Assembly: GCA_018398765.1 (NCBI GenBank)
Contig: JAHBMJ010000078.1
Location: forward strand, 1 to 56,878
Source of the DNA: Chromera velia
Lineage: Eukaryota
Direction: 5' to 3'
DNA: 56,878 bases
Shown: piece after piece, positions 44,048 to 56,878 of the stretch
Layout of the letters: each line of letters opens with the position of its first letter
Position numbering within the stretch: the stretch's first letter is position 1
The notes under the pieces: model-generated
Databases searched by the model: none
The model's input: the letters and a program-made list of their open reading frames with translations, nothing else
What the model was told of the DNA's origin: nothing
Position numbers and translations under genes: made by a program

Positions 44048-44991
44048 GAAACCACCCCTAGCAACCACTATAACACCATCTTGTTGATCATTGGATCTTG
44101 CACATCTGGGCCAGCCAATCATGTGTCAGTGGGCGGATGCGATTTAGATATGCAAAACCGTGCCAAGTCTATGAACCTTCAAGTTCCCTCATGGGTTGCA
44201 CTGGCATCTCAGCCACTGAGTCAATGGCGGGCAGTGCTAGGGGCAGTGCATGCATGCACTTCAAGTTCAAGGCAAGAGGACAGCGATCGACTGAACGAAC
44301 TAGATTAAATTATTGAGAGTGAATCCTAAAAGCTCTCCCTCTGCCCCTGCAGCGCAAAACGCATCCTTAATTTATCCTTCTCTGCATGTCCATTTCGATC
44401 TTGAATTCCGCTGCATGACTTTCTGAGCCGACCAGTGCAGTGCAACACCGTGACAGAAAGAGACTCGGAAGCCGAGAATGCATATGCCTGCCAGAGAAGG
44501 TACAATCAAACAAGAGGAGAAGAAGTGACATCGAACAGTCAGTAGCATGCTCGCCGATCATCATTTGTTCGGATGAATGAGTCCCGAGATCGATCGGGAA
44601 TGGCAACAGTCAATGTGGCAGTCTTTTATTTATCTGCTGATGCCTTCCTTGATTGCAGGGGCATTCCTTCCTCACAGAGAATCGAGGATCCAGTTGGTAA
44701 ACTTGCATGCGATTCAGGATCATGCACACGCACAAAACAGCTGAGTAGACGGACACGCGAGTGAACAAGACGCATGAAACGGCAAATCAATGTAACTGTG
44801 AAAGGCGACGCAGTGACATCCTTCCTTCTCCTCCCTCCATGGACCCTGAGGGGGCCTTTGCTTCCGTGCGTTTTTGACCTCACTCTATCTTTGGTTGTGC
44901 TTGAAGGACAAGAAAGTGGAGGACGAAGAAGTAGAGACGCTCTTGAATGCATGCAGCCTACACCACACACACACACACATGCAGCCTACAC

Positions 44992-45024
<33 letters not shown>

Positions 45025-45043
45025 GCACGCACACGCACATGCA

Positions 45044-45089
<46 letters not shown>

Positions 45090-46391
45090 AGAGACGGACA
45101 AAATTCAAGTCTGTTACTTCGGAGAGCTAATACGCTATAGTGGAAATGAAACGAGCAATGCGCGCGAGAATGACTGCGAAAGGGAAGATTGGCTTTGCAC
45201 TTCCTCTCCTCCTTCCCCCCTTCTCTTCTCCTCTGTTCCTCTCCCTAACGCTTCACCCTCCCACTGTCTAGCTCCCTCACCGCACACCCACCCACTTTCC
45301 ATCCATCCAGGCAGAGGGGTGCTGGTGTGAGTGTCCTTTTGGATCCTTGATGAGAGAGCGTAGATCAATGATTGATGTGCTCGTGTTCGTCAGTGACCGT
45401 CTGCCCATCCGCGGACCCGTTAATTTAGTTTTTTGAATTTGTGCGATATGACGCTTGAGTAAGCGCCTCTCTTTCCTTTCACTGGTCCCGCCTCAGGCGT
45501 TTGGTGAGAGTCAAACACGCATGAGGTCAAGCAACAAACAGACAAGCACGCTCAAGAGCCAAGCCAGTGAGGCGTGAGTCACTAACTGTCCCTCTGCTGT
45601 TAAATGAACATGTAAATACGCCTTTATGTCTTCTCCCCTTTTTCGCCCCCCCTTCTCGTCTGGGTTCCGTTCGGCTCTCGCTCTGTCGTCCAAATGCATG
45701 GGAGAATTAATTAAAGGACGGGAGGGAGGGAGGGAAGGGAAGGGATCCATCTGCGCGATCATGCGATCAGTCTCGCACGCCATGCACCTCGATCTTCTTT
45801 TACCTGCATGTATGCGGGTCTTCAATTTGAATTCTGGTCGGTCAAACACGCACATTCATTCCTCCCCTCCCTCACCCCAAAGAAATTCGAAGGAAAGAAC
45901 CATCTCTCCATCCATCCATCCATGCAGACAGACAGACAGTATCACTCCTGTAATCCAACCCTCTCCCAAACCCCCCTCCCGACCCTGCGTGTACCCTTGC
46001 AACACTCTCGCACAGACCTTCACCGTAGAAGAAAGACAGGCTTTCCTTCCAAGAAGAATTCAAGTGAGTCTATTCTATCAGTGAATTTGCTAATAAGGCA
46101 TTGAGACAGACAGACAGATAGACAGGCAGAGGTCAGCACACCGAGAGGGAGTGTGAGGACGGTGAATATGCTGACTGATAAAGAAGTATCTTCTTACAAA
46201 CCTGCTCTCTCTCTCTGGATAACAACGTGGATAGTCATACGAAAAACAGACACCTTCATTTTCCCGCACTTTCACTGCTCTTCTCCTGCTGCAACAACAC
46301 CCCTTCATGCACTTCACATCAATCGCCCTCTCCCCCCCCCCNNNNNNNNNNNNNNNNNNNNNNNCTCCCCTTATTTCTGCTCCTTCACTAG

Positions 46392-47713
46392 TCAGTCTCG
46401 TCTTCCCCCCCCCCTTCTTTCTACCGCATGCAGCGGTGCGCTTCTCATATCCTCCACCGGTGGACCTCCGTGCTTCCCTCCCCTCATCTGCTCTCTGGGC
46501 ACAGAAGGAGCCTCAGTGTCCCCCCCTGAGTCCCCAGACTGTGCTTGGTGGGGCTTTCTGGTTTTGGGCACGTTCGACACGGAGGGCGTTTGGGGTTTCG
46601 GGTTTTCGTCCATGAAGGAACGCGACTCCGGGGTCTTCGGGTGCTCCTTCGGAACGTCGGGACGGCTCTGCAGGGCGAACACAACAAAAACATTTACGTA
46701 GACACACTTCGTGAATGTACATGTATGGACATGTGCATGTCGCATCCAACTGTGATGCATTGTTGTTGCACACGGAATCTCTGACGAGAATTCCACTCGG
46801 TCGCTTAGTTTACTATCATCCCGCATTTTACCACAAGACGTACGCATGTCCTTCTCTTGTCCTGTGCACTCGGATGTACGGTTGCATTTCTCTGTCCTGG
46901 TCTGAACCGGACGACCAGTATGCAAACAAACCGCCATTTTCACTGCTTTCTCTTTTCGCACCCTTTCTTGAGTCTGGCAAAATTCGATAGCTTACTTCAA
47001 ACTCTGTCCCTCCCGTCTGACTGACAGGCATCTTCCCTGGCTTACCTGCATCTGCTTTTCCTTAGCATGCTCTGAAATGCCCTGTGCGTGCAGCGACCCT
47101 CTTCTGAGAGCGTTCTTGGACGCTTTGTCGTAGAAGACCGAAATTTGGGCCTTCGCGTAGGGGAAGGAGCCGAGATGGGGTGCGATGAAAGGGTGGTGGA
47201 GGGCCTCGATGGCAGACAGACGACGACGGGGATCTGCAGGGATGCAGAGGAAGAAAGAAGGCGGGGTGAAATTAAGAGCCGGGTGGTCAGAATTGATTGT
47301 GCTCTGTGAAGAGAGAACCCCTTCGAGCTTCAAATCTGGTCTCTGATGTCTGGTCCATTTGAAGTTGAAACGTCTGATGACATCTGAGAATTCCCTGAAA
47401 GACGGTGCAAATGCGTTTCTCCCAGAGATCTTTTCCCATACGGACACGAGAGCAACGTCGTTTGTTTGGCCCTCTTTCGTCCTCTCCCCCTGTTTTACTG
47501 TGCTTCGCTCTTCTCCTTAAGACTTGATTCCAGATTCCCCTGTAAGTGTAACTTCACCCCAACACACACACAAACAGATCAACCGACCGACCGACCTGCC
47601 ACGAGAAGTTTCTTGAGAAGGTCCACACACTGCAGACAGGGGAGGGGAAAGGGGGGGAGGGGGAATTGAGGAGAGGTGGGCGAGCTTGGCGACAGATACA
47701 CATGCACACACAA

Positions 47714-47765
<52 letters not shown>

Positions 47766-49690
47766 CGAGCCAGAGGAAGGCCCCCGGGGGGGGAGGGGGG
47801 GACGATGCGACAGGAGTGGATTTAAAGCTGAATGATTGAGGGTATCCGTTCTGCTTCTTTCGCTCATTCGTTCAAGCACTCTTTCCTTTCTTATTTTTAA
47901 GAAACAAAAGAATCCGCCCCCCCCGCCCCAAAGCCTGCACACACATGCACATCCACCCACCTCAGGAGCAATCCCAGGGTACTTCATGATGGTGTACTCC
48001 CCCTTCAGGATGGCCTTCGCGAGGTCCTCATCGTCTGCCCCCATGAAGGGGGTCATCTGGTACATCATCCAGTAGAGGGTCACCCCTGCATCCATGCATG
48101 CATGCCGTGAGTATACATATCATCTATCTATGTGCGCTTATGTGGATACAAAAAAAATAAAACGCGTTTATTCTGGTTCATCTGTCCTTTTCATTTCTTC
48201 GAGTGCTTCTTGTCTCGTTATTTTCCCAATTTCCACCCAAATCAATTAAGTCGTGTTGACTTTACTCATCGAATCGTCCGACGAAGACCGCGAGAGGGAA
48301 GGGAAACGAACTTCTAGTGACGACCGTTGACACCTCTTTCAGCCATTCACTCCCCCCTCACTCCCTCACTCACTCGCTCTGTCACTCACTCACTCACTTA
48401 CTCCCTCGCTCACTTACCGCAGCTCCACATGTCTGCAAGCTTCCCGTAGTTTCCGAGGATAACCTCAGGGGCCAGATAGAGAAGGGAACCGCATCTGCAT
48501 GAACACAAAACAGCACAGAAAGAAAAGCAAAAGGAAAAGAAAAGCAAATGTACATTTCGAAAAACTTAACGAGCCGAAAGCAGAAGGATGCTCTAGAGGG
48601 TCCGCACAATTCATTACTACAAGGCATGTGTGCCTCACCTTGTCCTTCTCTCTGCCTTTCTCGCGCTCCTTCTTCCATTCTTGTTCTCTGCGCTTCTCGC
48701 GCTTCTCCTCCCATTCTTGTTCTCTGCGGTTCTCGCGCTCCTTTTCCCATGCTTGTTCTCTGCGGTTCTCTTGCTCCTTCTCCCAATCTTGTTCACTCAC
48801 TCACTCACTCACTCACTCACTCTTTCTCACGCATTGACTCACACACTCTGACTCTCTCATTCCTCTAACCCTCTTATGCGCGCACGACTGACTGACGTTT
48901 CAGAGAGACTCTGCGTGTGCCTCTCACAGGATGTCGCCAATCCAAAATCCGACAGTGCCAGTTTCATGTTCGGCTTCCAGGTTCTGGAGTTCAGGAAAAA
49001 ATTCGCTGGCTTGATGTCACTGCGAGCAGACACGCAGCAGGCGCAGTACACACAGGGAGGGTCCATCAAGCCATGACCACCCACCCATGTAACGACGAAA
49101 CAATCAGATGATACTTACCAGGGCGACACATTGCTCTTCTTGAAAACGGTAGCGATGACTTCTTATTCAGTGTAGGCTGTGTGGGACTCGACAGGCACGA
49201 TCTTCACAAGTGCCCGAAAAGAGGCCTGTGAAATGTGGCCATTGTTTTGAGAAAAGCAGACTGACCGATGGCAGATGTGCCTGCTGTGCAGGTGGTCGAT
49301 CGCGAGGAAGATTTGGGTCATGAAAAACCCGATCTGCATGGTCAGATGGACGTAAAGAGAAATCTCAAGCAAGACAAAGATGCAAGAAGAAAGCAGTTGA
49401 GGAAACAAATTCGAAGCAAGGAAGGAAAGAAGGGTGACGTCGTGCCGCTGTGCCATGGACACTTCAGCTCAGCAAGATTCTGCAAAAAGCGAAAAAAACA
49501 GAGACTTGATCACACCTTGCTATCTGCTTGCAGGAGTTCAACTACCTGCCCGCCTGCTTTTCTGTCGAATTCACTGACCTGATTTGCGTCCAGATCAGAC
49601 ACGGGGAAGTGTTCCAGATCGCATTCGTATCTGTCCATCACTGCACAGACACACGCACACACACACATACACACGCACATGAACACACAA

Positions 49691-49725
<35 letters not shown>

Positions 49726-50835
49726 TGGGAGGAAGGAAACAAAAACTCACACCCGGGGTTCTGCAAGGAAAGGAGAGATCCTTTGAACACTGTACAGCTT
49801 CACTTCAATCAAAGAATTAGTCGCCCGTCACAGCACGATGCCACAAACCAGAGGATGCATAGGCCTTTTTCATCAAATGGATCGGTGGGTACAGAAGCGA
49901 AGAAAAAACACACACACTCACCGACGTATCCTTTGTCCTCGACTTCGCTGACGGTGTAAATCTTCACAACGTTTGGGTGGTCACATCTTTGCATCAGTTG
50001 GACTTCCGACTGCATCTCCTCGCGTGTCATTGCAGACCTGCAGGAAGGAAGGCAGGACGGCTTGCTTGAGTACACATCGAAGCCACTGAGGAGAGAATGT
50101 CGAACGCTGTAGGTACATCGAATTTCTCCGTCTGCCTACCCTCCAGACCAATTTAAGCTGCGCAGCAAATGATACGATTCTCAAGCTGCCCACGTGGACG
50201 TATCTCTACACGCCCGTTCTGATCCGTTCTTGATGAAAAGAAAGAATTAAAAGTAATCTCTCCCATGCAGCTTTGCACGAAAGAGCCTGGCAGGCAGCAT
50301 CTTCCTTTCTCTCAAGAAGTCACCCTGCCCGACAGGGGGTCTCTCTGCTATCACTTTCTTCAACTGTGGTGCGAAAAAACCAACTCCTCATGCAGGTACC
50401 TGTACTTTTGCCGTCTCCTTGCTTTGAAGATTTTGAAAAAGTCGCCCTGTCCCTTCGGAGACTCTCCCCGTGCCTCCGCCTCCCTGTGCTCTCTGTCCTC
50501 TTCCACAGCGTTGGCAGACAGACGCACAATCTTCACAGCCTGCGTGGATGCATGCATGCAAATCCATAAATTTACATAAATGTCTACGTGTGCACATACG
50601 CGACACCGACATACATAGAAGCCCGGGCAGTCAAGCAGGCAGAGTGCGTCAGAGAGGAAGGAAGGAAGGAAGGAAGGAAAGAAGGAAGGAAGGAAGGAAG
50701 GAAGGAAGAAAGGAAGAAAGGAAGAAAGGAAGAAAGGAAGAAAGGAAGAAAGAAACAAAGAAACAAAGAAACAAAGAAACAAAGAAAGAAAGAAAGAAAC
50801 AAAGAAACAAACAAACAAACAAAGAGAGAAAGACA

Positions 50836-50871
<36 letters not shown>

Positions 50872-50894
50872 GAAACAAAGAAACAAACAAAGAG

Positions 50895-50929
<35 letters not shown>

Positions 50930-50951
50930 GCGAACGAACGAACGAACGAAC

Positions 50952-50983
<32 letters not shown>

Positions 50984-53254
50984 CCTACGAAGAGATTTGA
51001 CAGCCTCTAAAAGAGAAAGGGCAAAAATGAGGAAGACAGCGTGGCAGTCAGCCTGAAGCTTCCTCTTGAACCAGTTAACAAGCTCCTTCGCTCCCTCGCC
51101 CGGTAGGTTCTTCACTGAGTCCTTTCTGTCACCCTGTTTATCTCTCAGTCCATCTGCCCTCTCGACCCGTTTAAATCAACAACCTGTCTTACTGCCTGCA
51201 TTTTCTCTCTTGGTCTTCCGGTCTATGCTTTTTCTCACGTTGCCGAGTCCGATTCGACTCTTCTTTCTGTCAGATCTGTGCAGACCTGCGTCTCTCCTCA
51301 TCAATTTGTTCCTATGTTTGTTTTTCTGCCCTCATCAATTCGTTGTCTCTCATGTTTGTTTCTCCTTTCTCATCAATTCGTTGCCATGTTTGTTTTTCTC
51401 CTCCTCACACATCCAGTCAGACATTTACACTTTCTCCCTTCTTAATGTCTTCTCAGGCTCTCATGTTTGCTATCCGTGATTGCGACATCTCCACCCTGGT
51501 TCAACACAACAACAGGACTCACTCTGGTGTGTCTCCTCCTCTCTCCTTCACTTCCTTTTCCTCTCCTCCCTCTCCCCCCGGAGGCTGTCTCCTTCCTCCC
51601 CTCTCTTGAAGTGCTGCTCTCGCTCAATTGAATCCATCAACCAGTCTTCGGCCAGCCTGCTTCAAAATGCGTCTGCGCTTCGCCCCACAACCAGGGAGCC
51701 CCCCCCTCAATCTCCGTTTCCACACAGATCTCTTCTCTCTCTCCTTCCAGGAAGTCCACTGAACCTTCAGAGATCTTTGGAGAGACCACTCCCTCCAGCC
51801 AGCCAGTCAATTTGCACACACGCACAGAAGTGTCTCCCTTGACATAGCCGCCCTCCCTCCACCCACCCACCCTCCCTTGACATAGCCGCCCTCCCTCCAC
51901 CCACCCACCCTCCCTTGACATAGCCGCCCTCCCTCCACCCACCCACCCTCCCTTGACATAGCCGCCCTCCCTCCACCCACCCACCCTCCCTTGACATAGC
52001 CGCCCTCCCTCCACCCACCCACCCTCCCTTGACATAGCCGCCCTCCCTCCACCCACCCACCCTCCCTTGACATCGCCGCCCTCCCTCCATACACCCACCC
52101 CGACCGACTGACTGACCTTATCTCTGGGTTCGCCCGGCAGTACGTCCAGAGACCTGCACTCACGGACTTCCGAGAATCCCCCGCTGCCCAACTGACGCCC
52201 CACAGAGTAGGTTTCGGAAAATCCTGCGGGCAGATTAAAAAGTCCACGTGTGATGCAGCATACATACGCGAATACGTTTTTGAGATATGTCCGAAATCTG
52301 CATCACGATACGTATGGCCATCTGGTGGGAGCAGACAGCTTGTCTTTTTCTTGGAGTTCTACAGAGGCAAAGCACAACTCACAGGCAGGGTGATTGGACT
52401 GTGCAAAGGCGCTCTGTCTGTACTCAAAAACCAAAGAAGCCGGACTCGTCCGGAAGTCCAGAGCCCATTTTTCTTTTTCTTCCTTTCCCATCTATAGGCG
52501 GAAACAAAATCCCCGTGCATGCACCTAAGTCTTCCTGCCAGCCTGCCAGCCAGCCAGCCCTAGGAGACACTCTCTCACGGACACACAGACACAAAAGTTG
52601 TGCGACCCCGACACGCATTTATGCTGTCAGCGCTGCACTTTTCTTTCATGAGTACCGGAAAGGGTTCCCAAAACTTCAACTGTCTCCGCGTCTGCCTCGA
52701 CATGCATGCACGGTTTCTTTCAACAACAGACACATGGATCCATTCGCTTCGCACAGCAATGGCCCTCTGACTTTTTTTCCCCCCTCAGTTTCCCTCTTCT
52801 CCCCCGACAGATGCTTCATTGTGTCCATTCAATCCTTCTGAAAGGATACTGGGTGGAAAAAGCAGTGGCTGTACACATGAGGGCATCCATTTGCTCATCC
52901 AAATTTATAGAATCGGCTTTACCTAACTACACACACCTGCTATCTCTTCCCCCTTGAATTCTCTTTTTCTCATCCCCAGCAATTGCCTCACTGACCCGGA
53001 ATGAACTTCTCTGTGACGCTCATTCGACGGAACATCATTTGGAAGGAGCTCCTCCTCCCTCCCGCCCCCATTGCGGCGGCGGAAGGGTGCGATGGAGGGA
53101 CCCCAGAAGCACCGGAGGGGGTATGGTTGTTCGTTGAGTGGCGCCCCGTCATCCCTCCAGCACCCTCAGTATTCTGACGGGAAAGACTGGCAGGTAGCTC
53201 GGCAGGCAACTCTGCCGGTAGATCCACCACAGGCTCTGCAGATAGCGTGGACAT
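46392..53254 (-). CDS. Ser/Thr protein kinase, CAMK-group-like, 12 exons
   Basis: Exons 52996-53254, 52117-52223, 50400-50539, 49922-50037, 49579-49640, 49266-49333, 48897-49019, 48418-48494, 47961-48085, 47596-47629, 47046-47233, 46392-46667; frame-consistent. Motifs: LGSGGFSEV, AVK, EVQLM, HPNVV, HRDIKPAN, DFG, CGSLLYLAPE, DMWSCGV, DPRRRLSAIEALHHPF. No EF-hands seen; the 3' end is next to an N gap and uncertain. Confidence 0.92.
48645..48795. repeat. 36-bp degenerate tandem repeat x~4 (kinase intron)
   Basis: Minus-strand unit approximately GAACAAGAATGGGAGAAGGAGCGCGAGAACCGCAGA. Confidence 0.85.
51834..52098. repeat. 38-bp minisatellite x7 (kinase intron 2), G-rich on the sense strand
   Basis: gacatagccgccctccctccacccacccaccctccctt starting at 51841, 51879, 51917, 51955, 51993, 52031 and 52069. 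Confidence 0.96.
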
Positions 53255-53619
53255 GCAAATCAAGGTATGTCACTTCTGGTGCAAAATGTTGTCTCAAAAA
53301 AGGAAGAGAACTTACCATCTACTTTTGCCTTGGGGGCCGCTTTCTTGCGCTTAAATATGTTGAACATCTTTTCTCTTCGCTGGCAAGTCAGTACAATGCG
53401 GTTTGATGCGTGTGTGTCCTCTCTACATAGAAGACAGAAGCAGATTCGGTTTTGCTTCCAGAGTGACCGCCAGACAGACAGAAAGCGCCGGCGTTGAGGA
53501 TCGCTCGAGGAGTCGTTGAGGAAAACTCCCCAGACTTCAACTTAAGTTCTCTCTTCTCTACTCACAATTAACAGAATGCAGGACAAAGCAAGAGAAGAGG
53601 TTGAAAAGGGCTCTTCGTG

Positions 53620-54050
53620 GTACATGCGCGCATACATGTGCTGAATTTGAAGTCGAATATTTAAATCGTAGGGACACATGCATGCACGTAGGTTAGTGCC
53701 CCGTTTTGCGTGATGGCCTGCATGCGCGCTATATATATATATATATATATGCGCGCGCGCGGGATGCGGGCGAACGAATCGGGATGTCGTTTTTTCACCT
53801 GGCTGGGGCCTTTTTCGCCTATTTTTTCGCCCCATTTAATTTGGTGTACATGTCTCAGATATGTCTCAGATGGCAGTCCCTCAACTCATTTTTGGCGATT
53901 GATGCATGCATGCATGCATGGTCACACTTTAATTTTTGTTTTGCGTGCATGCATGCATGCACATTTGAGTGCACGGGCGCGCGCACTCGCAAAAAATTAA
54001 AAAAAAATATTTTCTCTTTTTTTCATCGCATGCATGCATTTGCCGTTCGA
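53620..54050. promoter_or_regulatory. Putative bidirectional promoter of the kinase and membrane-protein genes
   Basis: Lies between divergent ATGs (53254 and 54373); multiple TGCATGCA arrays, GCGCGC runs flanking (TA)n, and TTTTCGCC twice. Confidence 0.55.
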
Positions 54051-54057
54051 ACTGTTG

Positions 54058-54150
54058 TTTGAAAGTTATATCGATATTAATTAAGATGTCATTCACTCTA
54101 TATTTGAAAGTTATATCGATATTAATTAAGATGTCATTCACTCTATATTT
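54058..54150. repeat. 45-bp perfect tandem duplication
   Basis: tttgaaagttatatcgatattaattaagatgtcattcactctata x2. Confidence 0.9.
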
Positions 54151-54372
54151 GGACTGCTGACAACCATGCAGCTGACACTGTGGCACCAGCTCGTCAGCCT
54201 CTGTGGACATACATTGCACGCTGTTCTCTCAGTCATCCAACGGGTCTTGTACACACCGGAAGAAAACTCAGACGTCTCCTTCGGAGATTGTGCACATATA
54301 CATACATAGAGCAATCATCAGATTCCCTCTTTGAATCATTGAGTCGCTGCGTTACTTCTGATCGACCTAAGC

Positions 54373-55011
54373 ATGTCCGCCACTCCAGTGCACCAGTATG
54401 AGAGCGTGGACAGGGAGCGCGTGGGGATTATGGAGACAATGAAAGCCTCCACTCACGTCATGCGCACAGAGCCCTACGTCTTCGGCGGCCAACGTTGGCC
54501 CGTCGTTCTGTCCCTCTTAATTCCAATTGGTACACTTGTGGCTTTATTGACCACAGCAGAAAACCCTCAACAATACGTAGAGCTCCCTATCTACTACCGC
54601 GTCGTACTCGGGTTACACGCGTTCTACTTCCTCTCTGCGCAGCTCTGTTACGAGCTCTTTCCCGACGGCATGTGCGTGTACGTCACGCGCAACCCCTCCG
54701 GGCGCGTGCCGAGGGACAACAACTCCTGGGCGATCCACTTTGTTGCGGGTGACCTGATGTTCACAACTGCCTCATATTACATCATCCTAGCAATTCAGAA
54801 TAGAGCTCCAATTTTCGCCCTGATGGTGCCAATCGTTCAGTGCGCGTACAACTTCCGCAACGACATTGTGTGGATGGCTGGATGGTTCAGTCCAGAGACG
54901 CCCAAGACGAATGTGAACCCTTTCGCTCTTGGGGATGCGGCGTTCATTTGGGCTTTCATGGTCGTCTACATCGTCCACTACGTCCTTGCGACCACAAGTT
55001 CGTACTACTAG
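54373..55011 (+). CDS. Intronless multi-pass membrane protein of unknown function (212 aa)
   Basis: Clean ATG-to-TAG ORF with C/G-rich third positions, no microsatellites and about five hydrophobic segments; no family recognised. Confidence 0.8.
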   Translation: MSATPVHQYESVDRERVGIMETMKASTHVMRTEPYVFGGQRWPVVLSLLIPIGTLVALLTTAENPQQYVELPIYYRVVLGLHAFYFLSAQLCYELFPDGMCVYVTRNPSGRVPRDNNSWAIHFVAGDLMFTTASYYIILAIQNRAPIFALMVPIVQCAYNFRNDIVWMAGWFSPETPKTNVNPFALGDAAFIWAFMVVYIVHYVLATTSSYY

Positions 55012-55591
55012 AGAAAGGTGTATGTCACCGATCGAGCTGATGATGCTCATGATCCCGATGTGAGTCAGAATGGATTCAAAAATTGACAATTAATTGATAT
55101 CGCGCTTTTTTGCGTGGATTCGATGCGTGTGTGTGACGGTGGCGGCAACAGAATATCGCTACCCGATTCGGTATATGTAGGGACTGTGGTTGGAAGATGG
55201 GCATGCAGAGGGGGTTCTGATCGCTTGGTTGGTTGACAGTGATGCCTGGCATCCTGAAGCGATTCAAGTGGAAAGGAAAGTGGCCGGAATGCCCTGTGAG
55301 CGATCGAATTATGAGGGTCGATCAGTAAGACCCATGATCTTGCTTGCTGATATGGAAGCTGTGCACTTGACCGTCATGACTGTGAGCCCTATTTGAAAAA
55401 GGGAGGTAAACATGTATTCGCCGGATTTCCATTCTCTCTCTGTATTTCTCTCTCTTTTTCTATAGTGCTCTCTCTTTCTATCATTTACGCTCTGTCTATC
55501 TTGCTTTCTTTCTTTCTTCCTTTCTTTCCCTCTCTGTCTCTCTGTCCCTCTCTCTCTTTGTGTCCTTCTGTCTCTGTCTCTGTCTCTCTAG

Positions 55592-55636
<45 letters not shown>

Positions 55637-56878
55637 TGTGTGTCTCGGGAATATGTCGGTGATGTGATCACTGATCATCGGCAACATCACTGGCATAATT
55701 CCAGTGATGTGGATGTGATATAATCTAAGCTATGTGATGTGATTTATTGTGATTTGGTGGGATATCTAGTGGTATATATATATGCACGTTTCCTTTGTTT
55801 TTAAATTGTAAAGCATTGTTATAAGCGTTTAGTGCTTCAGGAATCTAAGTCCGAATCTTGGAGTCTTCGACACTCAATCGCTTCATTAAATTCATTTAAT
55901 TTAAGTAATACGATTCAACGTGTTTAAACCAAAAGAAAACCTAATTTAAAACTTGTGGAGCTTTATAATTGCTACAAAAGTATCCACTGGCAGAAAGTGT
56001 CACCACAGGATCTTTATGTACAGACGGTACTAGAAACGGTACAAAAAGAGTATAAGCCTAGGTATAAGCCGTAGATTGAAGCGTACATACGTCCGAAAAG
56101 AACTTAAAAAGAACCTTTCATGCACAAGTTATGTATTAAAGAAGGTGCATGAGCATGCAAAATTGCAAGGCCGGATCGAATATGGATTGAGATAAAAACA
56201 CTTTTAGGGATGGACGTACAAGGGTAAATTGCTATTGAAGAGTGAAGTATAGTAGACCTAGCTTAAACTTAGCTAGGTAGAAGGAGTGTATCAGACCCTA
56301 ATTATGAATGGAACTATAATTACTAGCCTAGCTAAATATAATTAAACACCGCCATAGTATCAAATTGAATTCTAACTCATTGGGGTTCGCGCAGCACCAG
56401 GCACCTAGCGCAATACGATCCTGAAAAATGTTAAATAAATTACCGCTATACATTTGTTCTTCTGAATTCTTCGAGATTTTTCTTCTAATTTCTTTTACTT
56501 TTTTCTCATTAAAAATTGTATGAATTCGTAGTATTGTGAGGCGAGGCACGGGGCCGGCCAACCCCGGGCTGAGCCGAACTGGCGCGCCCTACCGCCGTTG
56601 GGACCCACACGGCTCACAGCACACGTACGCAGGCTCATGGAGGCGCCGCCATGGCAGTCTGTATTGGAAGAGAAATAATATGCAGACGGGAGTAATTAAC
56701 GTACGACAAATAGAATTAAATAGAAAAGCATGCATTTGTCCTATCAGACGTTGACTGTAAGAAAGCAACCGCACTGTCAGTTCTTCCGTAAGTAGGATGA
56801 GTCAAGTCTCTGAACTAAGCTAGAACTAGCTTAGGAGGTGGGGAACCAAGCTTCCCTACGCATAGGCTGTGTGGAGTC

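Noticed and set aside
51834..52098. Regular 38-bp array superficially like CRISPR
   Set aside because: No unique spacers, no cas genes, and it lies in a eukaryotic intron.

Overview
Eukaryotic, intron-dense genomic DNA with microsatellite-filled introns. The alveolate-type proteins, a flagellar gene and a plant-like cystathionine beta-lyase suggest a chromerid such as Chromera velia (inference). Contents in order: the 3' part of an intact non-LTR retrotransposon (1-2686); a head-to-head pair of RPS23 (-) and AP-1 mu subunit (+, 14 exons); cystathionine beta-lyase (-, PLP-lysine exons missing at an assembly gap); an AT-rich spacer holding a ~737-bp tandem triplication with CpG decay and a decayed RING-like relic; a head-to-head pair of a short-exon gene for a signal-peptide + CS/p23-domain + KEEL protein (-, barely visible in the ORF track) and an outer dynein arm docking complex DC1/ODA3-like gene (+, 16 exons); a MITE; and a head-to-head pair of a CAMK-group kinase (-, 12 exons) and an intronless orphan membrane protein (+). 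The most interesting signals are the putative ER-luminal p23-like co-chaperone, a candidate zero-length-exon (recursive) splice site, tandem duplications across splice junctions, and a CpG-deamination signature in repeats. All gene models were built by eye from GT-AG sites and frame continuity.
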